DNA from: Candidatus Latescibacterota bacterium
Lineage (GTDB): Bacteria; Latescibacterota; CBDEFO01
Length of the DNA stretch: 64,000 nucleotides
NCBI GenBank assembly: GCA_965237525.1
Contig: CBDEFO010000007.1
Span: 416,001-480,000, forward strand
Direction: 5' to 3'
A program made the translations under genes and the position numbers. The notes beneath the pieces were generated by a model. The model was not told the DNA's origin. It saw only the letters and a list, made by a program, of their open reading frames with translations, and did no database searches. Positions 21,704-30,889 of this stretch are shown here, one piece after another. How positions within the stretch are numbered: position 1 is the stretch's first letter; each line of letters opens with the position of its first letter.

Positions 21704-23524
21704 ATGAAACTAACAACAGTTGTGAGCGCTGTCATAGTGGTAGCTATATTTGCCTGTGGAAGGATTGTTACTATGGACAAAACTGCTAAGGGCTTAGACC
21801 TAGCGCAGCTAAATGGGTGGGACATCGTTGTGGCTGACGATGCTATCGCCAGTGAGGTATACGCGGGTGAAGAGTTTCAGGAGTTCTTCCGTCAGGCGAG
21901 TGGTGTGAAACTCCCTATCGTGCACAAGATTGAACGTTGGGATAAACACGTGTTCGTCGGGCCTGGCAAGGTGCTGCAAGCCAGCCCTGTGGGATTCAGT
22001 GTCGATGATCTCGGCCCGGAGGATCTGCATATTGTGGTGAAAGGTGATAACATCGCCATAGCTGGTGGTCGTCCACGTGGCACGCTCTACGGTGTTTATG
22101 GTTTTCTTGAAGATTATTTAGGCGTGCGCTTTTTCACGCACGATCATACCCACGTGCCGCCGGTTGGCCAGCAGCGAGTGATCGGCCCGGTGGACCGCGT
22201 CTATCGCCCACCTTTCGTGAATTACCGTAATGCCGCGTACAGAGCGCCTCATCAGTATCCCTTTCTTGCGGTCCGTACTCGTAACAACGCCGTAGATCAT
22301 GATGAGCCGCGGTTTGGTGGCATTTCGCCGTTCGGAAATACCAACCACAGTTTTTACCGACAGGTTTCCGTGGAGAAGTATGGGAAGGACCACCCTGAAT
22401 ATTACGCGCTGATCGACGGTAAGCGGCAAGCTCATTGGATGAGCCAGCTTTGTATGACCAATCAGGAGGTGTTGAAAATCGTGATTCAGGCGGTACGGGA
22501 TGAGCTCAAAAACAGACCGGGGACCAGGAATATCTCGGTCAGCCAGAACGACGGGGGCACCGACTACTGTCGATGCGAGAAATGTGCCGCCATCGATGAG
22601 CGTGAAGGATCGCACATGGGAGCTCTGCTGACCTTTGTGAACAAGGTAGCCGACGAGGTGGCCAAGACACATCCAGACGTTTTTATCGGGACGCTGGCTT
22701 ACAATTATTCTCGCAAGCCTCCCAAGAATATCAGGCCACGTGACAATGTGCAAATCAACCTTTCCAGCTCTGGGGCCTGTCAGCTCCACCCCTTCGCTGA
22801 TGCCAATTGCCCTAAGAATGTCGCTTATATGCAGGACCTCCGCGGCTGGCGCAGGATTTGCAAGAACCTCTATGCCTGGACATATAACATCTACTTCCGC
22901 GCGCCTCCCTTGCCGTACCCAAACCTGTACACGATCATGCCTAACATAAACAGTCTTTTGGACGCTGGCGTTGAAGGGGTCTTCATGCAGTCTCACGCGG
23001 GACGATGGCCCGACACAGAGATGGCGAAGCTGCCCCATTATATGATGAGCCGCTTGCTGTGGAATCCGAAGCTCAACGACAGGGAATTGATCGATGAGTT
23101 TCTCAATCTACACTATGGTAAGGCAGTCCCACCGATCCGTAGGTTCATCAACATGATACATAAGCACTACAGAGACGCAGGGACTCACAACGATCCGCTC
23201 GCCTACCATCACTGGGAGTTGCCGGTTGATGAAGGCGTTGCCAAAGCTAGTCTGAAGTTGTTCGCCGAGGCTATGGATCTAGCTGAGACCGATGAGGTCA
23301 AAGCTCGAGTAGAAAACGCTTCCATCTGCGCTTATGCGGCAGCCATTGACCCGATTTGGAGATTCAAGAAGGATGCTGAAGTCGATCCGGCTGTTGCTGA
23401 ACAGATGCGACCGCTTGTCAAAGAGTTCTTCCGGCTATGCGAGAAATATGGGCTTGGCGGGTATGACGCACATCGTCAGCACCTCGGAATCATCCTGGGG
23501 AACCTCGATCCTGCAGGCAAGTAG
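21704..23524 (+). CDS. DUF4838-like protein, array copy 2
   Basis: Same motifs; leader MKLTTVVSAVIVVAIFACG. Confidence 0.88.
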   Translation: MKLTTVVSAVIVVAIFACGRIVTMDKTAKGLDLAQLNGWDIVVADDAIASEVYAGEEFQEFFRQASGVKLPIVHKIERWDKHVFVGPGKVLQASPVGFSVDDLGPEDLHIVVKGDNIAIAGGRPRGTLYGVYGFLEDYLGVRFFTHDHTHVPPVGQQRVIGPVDRVYRPPFVNYRNAAYRAPHQYPFLAVRTRNNAVDHDEPRFGGISPFGNTNHSFYRQVSVEKYGKDHPEYYALIDGKRQAHWMSQLCMTNQEVLKIVIQAVRDELKNRPGTRNISVSQNDGGTDYCRCEKCAAIDEREGSHMGALLTFVNKVADEVAKTHPDVFIGTLAYNYSRKPPKNIRPRDNVQINLSSSGACQLHPFADANCPKNVAYMQDLRGWRRICKNLYAWTYNIYFRAPPLPYPNLYTIMPNINSLLDAGVEGVFMQSHAGRWPDTEMAKLPHYMMSRLLWNPKLNDRELIDEFLNLHYGKAVPPIRRFINMIHKHYRDAGTHNDPLAYHHWELPVDEGVAKASLKLFAEAMDLAETDEVKARVENASICAYAAAIDPIWRFKKDAEVDPAVAEQMRPLVKEFFRLCEKYGLGGYDAHRQHLGIILGNLDPAGK

Positions 23525-23584
23525 GTGCAAAGGCTGAATTGGGATGCATTTCTTCTAACGGACCAGCACAAAATGAGATATAAC

Positions 23585-25405
23585 ATGGAATGCATTGCAC
23601 TTCTGAGTGTTATCAGTCTGATTGTGGCTCTTGCCTTGGGAGGCACTGTGGCAGACGCCAAGACTCCCGAGGGTTTAGACCTGGCCCGCCTGATCGGCTG
23701 GGACATCGTTGTGGCTGACGATGCTATCACCAGTGAGAGATATGCGGCTGAGGAATTTCAGACATTCTTCAAACAGGCTAGTGGCCTGAAACTTCCGATC
23801 GTGGACAAAATCGATTCCTCGAGCAAGCACGTGTTCATCGGGCCTGGCAAGCTGATGCAAGCCAGTTCTGTGGGATTCAGTGTTGATGATCTCGGCCCGG
23901 AGGATCTGCGTATTGTTGTGAAAGGTGGCAACATTGCCACAGCCGGAGGACGACCGCGCGGCACGCTTTATGGCGTCTACACGTTCCTGGAAGATTACTT
24001 GGGCGTACGGTTCCTTACACACGATCATACCCACGTCCCGCCGGTTGGCCAGCAGCGAGTGATCGGCCCGCTGGACCGTGTCTATCGCCCGTCTTTCGTG
24101 AATTACCGTTATGCCGTATACAAAGCACCTCTTAAGTATCCTTTTTTTGCGGTTCGCACTCGCAACAATGCCATACATCATGATGAGCCGCGGTTTGGGG
24201 GGAATTCGCCATTCGGAAATACCAACCACAGTTTTTACCGACAGGTTTCCGTGGAGAAGTATGGGAAAGACCACCCTGAATATTACGCGCTGATTGACGG
24301 TAAGCGGCAAGTTAAATGGCAGAGCCAGCTTTGTCTGACCAATCAGGAGGTGTTGAAAATCGTGATCCAGGCGGTACGGGATGAGCTTAAAAATAGACCG
24401 GAGGCCAGGAATATCTCGGTCAGCCAGAACGACGGGTTCAGCGACTACTGTCGATGCGAGAAATGTGCCGCCATCGATGAGCGTGAAGGATCGCACATGG
24501 GGTCCCTGCTGACCTTTGTGAACAAGGTAGCCGACGAGGTGGCCAAGACCCATCCGCAGGTTTTTATAGGGACGCTGGCTTACACTTATTCTCGCAAGCC
24601 GCCCAAAACTATGAGGCCACGTGACAATGTACAGATCAACCTTTCCAGCTGTGGGGCCTGTCAACTGCACGCCTTCGCTGATGCCAGTTGCCCTAAGAAT
24701 GTCGCCTTCATACAGGACCTCCGCGGCTGGCGCAGGATTTGCAAGAACCTCTATGCCTGGACATATAACATCTACTTCCGTGCGCCTCCCTTGCCGTACC
24801 CAAACCTGTACACGATCATGCCTAACATAAACAGTCTTTTGGACGCTGGCGTTGAAGGGGTCTTCATGCAGTCTCACGCGGGACGATGGCCCGACACAGA
24901 GATGGCGGAGCTGCCCCATTATATGATGAGCCGTTTGCTGTGGAACCCGAAGCTCAACGATAGGGAATTGATTGATGAGTTTCTCAATCTGCACTATGGT
25001 AAGGCTGCCCCACCGATCCGTAGGTTCATCAACATGATACACAAGCATTACAGGGACGCAGGGACTCACAACGATCCGCTCGTCTACCATCGGTGGGAGT
25101 TGCCGGTTGATGAAGGCGTCGCTAAAGCTAGTCTGAAGTTGTTCGCCGAGGCCATGGATCTAGCGGAGAATAATGAGGTCAAAGCACGAGTGGAAAAGGT
25201 TTCCATCTGCGCCTATGCGGCAGCCATTGACCCAATTTGGAGACTCAAGAAGGATGCTGAAGTCGATCCGGCTGTTGCTGAACAGATGCGACCGCTTGTC
25301 GAAGAGTTCTTCCGTCTATGCGAGAAGTATGGGCTTGGCGGGTATGACGCACATCGTCAGCGCCTCAGAATCATCTTGGGGAACCTCGATCCTGCAAGCA
25401 AGTAG
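23585..25405 (+). CDS. DUF4838-like protein, array copy 3
   Basis: Near-identical to copy 2 over the C-terminal two thirds but with leader MECIALLSVISLIVALALGGTVADA. Confidence 0.88.
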   Translation: MECIALLSVISLIVALALGGTVADAKTPEGLDLARLIGWDIVVADDAITSERYAAEEFQTFFKQASGLKLPIVDKIDSSSKHVFIGPGKLMQASSVGFSVDDLGPEDLRIVVKGGNIATAGGRPRGTLYGVYTFLEDYLGVRFLTHDHTHVPPVGQQRVIGPLDRVYRPSFVNYRYAVYKAPLKYPFFAVRTRNNAIHHDEPRFGGNSPFGNTNHSFYRQVSVEKYGKDHPEYYALIDGKRQVKWQSQLCLTNQEVLKIVIQAVRDELKNRPEARNISVSQNDGFSDYCRCEKCAAIDEREGSHMGSLLTFVNKVADEVAKTHPQVFIGTLAYTYSRKPPKTMRPRDNVQINLSSCGACQLHAFADASCPKNVAFIQDLRGWRRICKNLYAWTYNIYFRAPPLPYPNLYTIMPNINSLLDAGVEGVFMQSHAGRWPDTEMAELPHYMMSRLLWNPKLNDRELIDEFLNLHYGKAAPPIRRFINMIHKHYRDAGTHNDPLVYHRWELPVDEGVAKASLKLFAEAMDLAENNEVKARVEKVSICAYAAAIDPIWRLKKDAEVDPAVAEQMRPLVEEFFRLCEKYGLGGYDAHRQRLRIILGNLDPASK

Positions 25406-25574
25406 GTGCAAAGGCTGAATTGGGATGTATTTCTTCTAACGGACCAGAGTAGAAGGAGTTATAACATGGAATGCATTGCACTTGTGAGTGTTATCAGCTT
25501 GGTTCCCCCATTTGCCTGCGGACGTATTTTGGCAAACGCGTTCTGTTGGGTCTTTAACAACGAGGAGTTATACG

Positions 25575-27419
25575 ATGAAACTGACCACAGTTGTGAGCGC
25601 TGTCATTGTGGTAGCTATATTTGCGTGTGGAGGCATTGCTGCGATGCACAACACTGCTGAGGGCTTAGACCTGGCCCGCCTAAGCGGCTGGGACATCGTT
25701 GTGGCTGACGATGCTATCGCCAGTGAGATATACGCGGCTGAGGAATTCCAGGAGTTTTTCCGTCAGGCCAGCGATATAAAGCTTCCTATCGTCCACAAAA
25801 TTGAACGTTGGGACAAGCATGTGTTCATCGGACCTGGGGAGGTGATGCAAGCCAGCCCAGTCGGATTCAGCGTTGAGGATTTGGGACCTGAGGATCTACA
25901 CATCGTTGTACGTGATAACAACATCGCCATAGCCGGAGGACGACCGCGCGGCACGCTTTATGGCGTCTACGCGTTCCTGGAGGATTACCTGGGCGTGCGC
26001 TTCCTCACACACGATCATACCCACGTGCCGTCTGTCGGTGAACGGCCAGTGATCGTCCCGGTGGACCGTGTCTATCGCCCGCCTTTCGCAAATTACCGTA
26101 ATGCCGTTTACAAAGCATCACTTCAATACCCGGTTTTTGCAGTTCGCACTAGGAACAATGCCGCTCATGCTGCGCCAAAATTTGGTGGAGTTTCGGCGTT
26201 CATCAATATCAATCACAGCCTCTACCGACAGGTCACCATCAACAAATACGGCAAAGAACATCCGGAGTACTTTGGTCTCTGGGACGGCACACGCCGCAAT
26301 GATGCCCCGCACACTCATCTTTGTTTGACCAATGCGGACCTGATTCCCATAGTTACCAGTGCGGTTTTGGAGGAAATCGGATTTCCCAGTTGCGTTGGGC
26401 GAAAAAACTTTTCAGTCTCTCAAAACGACACGGTCTGGCAATACTGCCAGTGTGAAGAGTGCGCTGCGATTGACGGACCGGAAGAATCCCACATGGGGGC
26501 GTTGCTGAAGTTCGTCAACGCTGTGGCCGATCAGGTTGCAAAGACCCATCCAGATGTCGAGATCGGTACGCTGGCCTATGGCTTCTCACGCAAGCCGCCG
26601 AAGACCATCAAGTGCCGGCCCAATGTGGACGTCAACCTGACCACTCATGGTCGATGTCATGTACATTTAATTACGGAACGCAATTGCCCACCGAATGTCC
26701 AGTTCCTGCAGGAATTGGAAGGATGGAGCAGAATCTGCAAAAACCTATATTTCTGGGATTACCACTTTGGCGCGGGCCACTCTCTTCTGCCCTATCCTGA
26801 TTTGTTTTTCATGAAACCGAACATCAACACTCTGGTAGCCCACGGAGTCAAAGGCGTCTTTATGCAGTCCGATTATCAGGCTGCTACAACAGAACTGGTT
26901 GATCTAAGGCAACATCTGATGACGCGGCTATTGTGGAACCCTGATCTCAACGATAGGGAAATAATTGATGAGTTCGTCAGTCTGCACTACTCAGAGGCAG
27001 CCCCGCCGATCCGCCGTTTCATAGATCTGGTGCACAACCATTACAGAGACATCAAAATACACCATACAAAATGGAAGCCGCATGGCTTACCCGTCGATGA
27101 AGCCGTTGCGGCCACTGGCGTGAACTTGTTCGTCGAGGCGCTGAAACTGGCCAAGAGCGATTCGATCAAAGCGCGTGTGGAAAAAGCCTCGATCTGCGCC
27201 TATCGGGCGGCCGTTGACCCGATTTTCAAACTCGATGAGGATGCGGAAGTCGATCCGGCTGTCGCCGAGCGGATGCGACCCCTCGTGAAGGAATTCTTCC
27301 GATTGTGTAAGACGTACGGTATCGGTCCGGACGTCAAGGGTTTAGCTTACGGTTTCTCGGACACGATCTGTCAGCGTCTTGAAGGCATTCTGGGGAACCT
27401 CGATCCTGCTGGTAAGTAG
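25575..27419 (+). CDS. DUF4838-like protein, array copy 4
   Basis: Same motifs; ends GNLDPAGK like copy 2. Confidence 0.88.
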   Translation: MKLTTVVSAVIVVAIFACGGIAAMHNTAEGLDLARLSGWDIVVADDAIASEIYAAEEFQEFFRQASDIKLPIVHKIERWDKHVFIGPGEVMQASPVGFSVEDLGPEDLHIVVRDNNIAIAGGRPRGTLYGVYAFLEDYLGVRFLTHDHTHVPSVGERPVIVPVDRVYRPPFANYRNAVYKASLQYPVFAVRTRNNAAHAAPKFGGVSAFININHSLYRQVTINKYGKEHPEYFGLWDGTRRNDAPHTHLCLTNADLIPIVTSAVLEEIGFPSCVGRKNFSVSQNDTVWQYCQCEECAAIDGPEESHMGALLKFVNAVADQVAKTHPDVEIGTLAYGFSRKPPKTIKCRPNVDVNLTTHGRCHVHLITERNCPPNVQFLQELEGWSRICKNLYFWDYHFGAGHSLLPYPDLFFMKPNINTLVAHGVKGVFMQSDYQAATTELVDLRQHLMTRLLWNPDLNDREIIDEFVSLHYSEAAPPIRRFIDLVHNHYRDIKIHHTKWKPHGLPVDEAVAATGVNLFVEALKLAKSDSIKARVEKASICAYRAAVDPIFKLDEDAEVDPAVAERMRPLVKEFFRLCKTYGIGPDVKGLAYGFSDTICQRLEGILGNLDPAGK

Positions 27420-27479
27420 CTGCAAAGACTGGCTTAGGATGGCACTCTTCTAACGGACCAGAGTAGAAGGAGTTATACA

Positions 27480-27680
27480 ATGACACGGGACAGTTGTTAG
27501 CGCTGTCATTGTGGTAGCTTTATTTGCCCGCGGAACTATTCCAGGGATAGCCAACAAGGCTGAGGGCGTAGCCTTGGCCAGACTAAACAGCTGCGACATT
27601 GTCGCAGCTGAGAACGCACCCCGGTGAGCAATACGCGGCTGGGGAGTTTCAGGAGTACTTCCGTCAGGTCAGTGGTGCGA
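27480..27680 (+). pseudogene. Degraded 5' fragment of a further DUF4838-like copy
   Basis: RBS then AGCGCTGTCATTGTGGTAGCT...GGAGTTTCAGGAGTACTTCCGTCAGG homologous to array gene starts; indels, then truncation. Confidence 0.8.
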
Positions 27681-27807
27681 AGATTATACAAGAATAGTGG
27701 CCTTTCTGTTTGTCAAGGACACCTATTTGTCAAGGACACCTATTCGGGGAATGCATGCGTGAACTAAAGATGTTGATCACAGCGGTACTTTGAAAAAGGG
27801 GTATACT

Positions 27808-28743
27808 ATGATGACATCGCATCAATGCAGAGGTGCGTATGGCCTGTCGAGAAAGGAAATTGTGCGAGGCTTGCGCGAAACGGGCCTGAAATCCGGCGAC
27901 GTAGTGCTGGTTCATTCTGCAATGCGGACGTTCGGGCCCATCGAAGGGGGCGCCGAGACGGTGGTCTCTGCGCTGCTTGAAGTGCTCGGCCAGAGAGGGA
28001 CATTGATCGTTCCTACTTTTACCCTTGTCCACGAAGCCGAAGAGAACCCTGTAATTGACCCCAGCAAAGATCCCTCCGAAATGGGAGTAATTACCGAAAC
28101 TGTTCGCTTACGGCCGGATGCCCTTAGAAGCACCGCTTTTCGACACAGTTTTGCCGCTGTAGGGCACAGAACCCAAGTATTTACTGACGTCGATCCTGCC
28201 CTATCTCCCTTTGACCTCCGCTCCTCTTTCGGTGTCATGCTCGCCCTAAATACCCAGATTCTTATATGTGGCATGACCTATGACGCTTCAACCAGCCACC
28301 ACTTTGCAGAATTTCTTTGTGATGTACCCTACAGGCATACGATACGTCTGAATGTAAATGTCAAACTTCCAGACGGCTCGGTTGTGAGACAGGAAATGAT
28401 AGACTATCAGCCCAAACCGGGCGAGGACGGTATATATTATGAGCGGGAGCCAGATTTTGGTCGCCTCGGCAGAATGCTCGAAGAACGAGGATTAGTCGGC
28501 ATGGCGGGTATCGGAAACTCGGCCGTACGCAGATTTGGGATGCGGGATCTGATTGATTTAGCACAGATTGAGGCGGCGGAGGATTACAACATCTTCCGTA
28601 TGCCAGAGGGACAGACAGATGACTTTACCCAGCTGACCTTTGGTACGGTGGTCTTCAGTCCAGCAATGCTAGATGGAGCAGGCCGGAGCGATAGATACCG
28701 GTGGTGTGTTATGGACGAATCAAAGCTGGTGATGCCGGGTTGA
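27808..28743 (+). CDS. AAC(3)/YokD-family N-acetyltransferase
   Basis: GDVVLVHSAM, GTLIVPTFT, MGVITETVR, HSFAAVG and TSHHFAE motifs. Confidence 0.85.
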   Translation: MMTSHQCRGAYGLSRKEIVRGLRETGLKSGDVVLVHSAMRTFGPIEGGAETVVSALLEVLGQRGTLIVPTFTLVHEAEENPVIDPSKDPSEMGVITETVRLRPDALRSTAFRHSFAAVGHRTQVFTDVDPALSPFDLRSSFGVMLALNTQILICGMTYDASTSHHFAEFLCDVPYRHTIRLNVNVKLPDGSVVRQEMIDYQPKPGEDGIYYEREPDFGRLGRMLEERGLVGMAGIGNSAVRRFGMRDLIDLAQIEAAEDYNIFRMPEGQTDDFTQLTFGTVVFSPAMLDGAGRSDRYRWCVMDESKLVMPG

Positions 28744-29026
28744 TTAAGAGCAAGTATTGCAGACCGCGTGTTGTGGGCACCGGGGCTGCAACTGAGACGG
28801 TATTCTCCTCGTTGGAACAGGACTTGTGCATAGGCAGTCTCTTTCAAAGCGACCAGGAGATCCAGAGTTGAGATATTGGATGTCAATGGGAATTGCGGTT
28901 ACCAAGGTAATTCAGTGCTCAGTCTACGGGTGAGCCAGTCCTGATGTATCTTGATGGGCTGTTGTGCTTCTACTCGACGGATGCCTTTGAGAAGACTGAA
29001 CAGCACTGGTGGAATGGACTCTTATC

Positions 29027-29060
29027 TTGACTTCTCGACGCTGGGATATTATTTTGGGGG
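29027..29060 (+). promoter_or_regulatory. Sigma70-type promoter, paralog of 7761
   Basis: TTGACT-N17-TATTTT-GGGGG. Confidence 0.5.
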
Positions 29061-29285
29061 CTACCGTGACGATTTCTATAACGATGAGAGGCTCAGGAGA
29101 TTTATGGTTTATACAGAAGAAATGAGTCTACTTATTAGGCAAGTTTAAGGGGACTGTATAAAGGGGACTGTATAATCGTAATTGTGCTTCAAAGAAAGTG
29201 ACGTTTCACGTTAACACAGGAGTGATGAATCGGCACAGGAGAAACAGCGGGTCATGTGTCGATTGATGCGAAAGGGGAAGCCAGG

Positions 29286-30758
29286 ATGAATGATGTCAAT
29301 GCTGCGCGTGGGAGGGTGATCTACAACCTGGACTGCAGTGAGTTCTTCGTGGGGACGTTTGGCCCCATTGTCCCTGAGACGATCGATAAGTTCGTGGACA
29401 CTCACGCCGCTCTTGGAGTCACGGACCTCTTTGTCAACGTGAACGCAAAGCGCACTAACTACCGGAGCGATGTGTGGGAATCATATTGGGACGGCTACGA
29501 CCCGAATCTTGGTGACGACCAGCCGTTTTTCTCAGGGCTCGATCCGAATCGGAGGTTCGAGACGGGGCTCTTCAAGAACGTGCTGGCGCTTCACGAGCAG
29601 GGATGCGACTACCCGAAGAGAATGATCGAACGTGCGCGACGAAACCAAGTAAAGGCGTGGATCTCGCTGCGAATGAATGACGACCACAATCCCCACCTGC
29701 CGGACCACCCGGCCCACAGCACAATCTGGAAGTCGCATCTGGAATGGCGCCTTGCATATGGCCTGGACTACGAACAGCCCGAGGTGCGTGAGCACTACAT
29801 GAAGCTCGTCAGGGAGGTGTGCTCCCGCTACGACCTGGACGGTCTGGAACTGGATTTTCTGCGCTTCTGGCTGTACTTTCGCGCCGGACGCGAGCACGAA
29901 GGCGCGAAGCTGATGACAGCTTTTGTGGAGCAGGTGCGGCAGGCAACAGAAGGGGCTGCGAAGCGATTGGGGCATCCCGTCAAACTCGCCGTGCGCGTAC
30001 CGACAACTCCATGGATCGCGCGCAGGCACGGACTCGATGCGATCTCGTGGGCCAAGGCCGGACTGGTTGACCTGATTATCGCCTCGCCGTTCTATCCCTC
30101 TATTGACAGTGATGTGCCGATCGAGACGTGGAAAGGATTGCTTGTCGGTACGAATGTGGATGTCGCCGTAGGTTTAGAGAGCGGGATGCATCCGGGGACT
30201 GCGAATCGTACCGTAACGCACGAGGAGCTGCGCGGAGTGATGTTAAGCGGGCTGCACCGCGGGGTGGATGCGGTATACTTCTTCAATCTCTTTACGGGAC
30301 CGTACCAGCGCTGGCCGCGTGCGGACCATGACCGGCTACTGAGGGACGCCGGGTCCTATGCCGCGCTTTGCGACGGGCCGCGGCGGCATCCATTAACGAT
30401 GACAAGGCCCTGGGCGGAGGGTGAGCCGGGCGAAGACAGGTCGCTCCCTTACACTGGCACACACGGTGTCTTCCGCCTTCACATCGGACCGAAGCCACTC
30501 TCACAACAGAACGCCCGGATTGAGCTGGTGGTGCTGGAAGACGATCAGCCGCAGGACGTACGTCTTAACGGCATCCCTTGTCCATGGTCAAGCCTTGTCG
30601 AAGCGGAACACGTCAAAGCGTCAGGATGGAAAGAGCCTGAGCCGCGCCGACATGCGTACGACGTGCCCCTGACAGCCCTGAGCGACGGCTACAACCTGAT
30701 CGAAGTGAACTCCGAGGAAGATATCCAGATCACGTGGGTAGAGATCTCGGTGCGATAG
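29286..30758 (+). CDS. GHL10/DUF187-like putative glycoside hydrolase
   Basis: IYNLD, ISLRMNDDH, LDYEQPEVREH, YDLDGLELDFLR and GVDAVYFFN motifs. Confidence 0.8.
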   Translation: MNDVNAARGRVIYNLDCSEFFVGTFGPIVPETIDKFVDTHAALGVTDLFVNVNAKRTNYRSDVWESYWDGYDPNLGDDQPFFSGLDPNRRFETGLFKNVLALHEQGCDYPKRMIERARRNQVKAWISLRMNDDHNPHLPDHPAHSTIWKSHLEWRLAYGLDYEQPEVREHYMKLVREVCSRYDLDGLELDFLRFWLYFRAGREHEGAKLMTAFVEQVRQATEGAAKRLGHPVKLAVRVPTTPWIARRHGLDAISWAKAGLVDLIIASPFYPSIDSDVPIETWKGLLVGTNVDVAVGLESGMHPGTANRTVTHEELRGVMLSGLHRGVDAVYFFNLFTGPYQRWPRADHDRLLRDAGSYAALCDGPRRHPLTMTRPWAEGEPGEDRSLPYTGTHGVFRLHIGPKPLSQQNARIELVVLEDDQPQDVRLNGIPCPWSSLVEAEHVKASGWKEPEPRRHAYDVPLTALSDGYNLIEVNSEEDIQITWVEISVR

Positions 30759-30889
30759 GTTTGATGTATACGCGCTGGTTACGAGGCGGCAAGGCGATCA
30801 TGTTCCTTACCTCCGTGCAGAAATCTCTCACTGAGGCGGGAGTCCCGCAGCGGCTCAACCCTAACATTGGGTGCACAGAGGATGAGGAA

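Noticed and set aside
20684..25090. Long antisense ORFs (326, 306, 471 aa) over the DUF4838 array
   Set aside because: Antisense shadows typical of GC-rich coding DNA; their recurrence reflects the paralogy of the sense genes.
21704..25405. Diversity-generating retroelement as the source of paralog variation
   Set aside because: No reverse transcriptase in the window, differences are not adenine-specific, and no short TR/VR pair was seen.
27808..28743. Clinical aminoglycoside resistance gene aac(3)
   Set aside because: Only family-level motifs, a divergent sequence, and no cassette or resistance context; no gene symbol assigned.
30859..30880. CCCTAACATTGGGTGCAC as an attC half-site
   Set aside because: Only the core heptamer matches; no partner GTTRRRY or palindrome follows.
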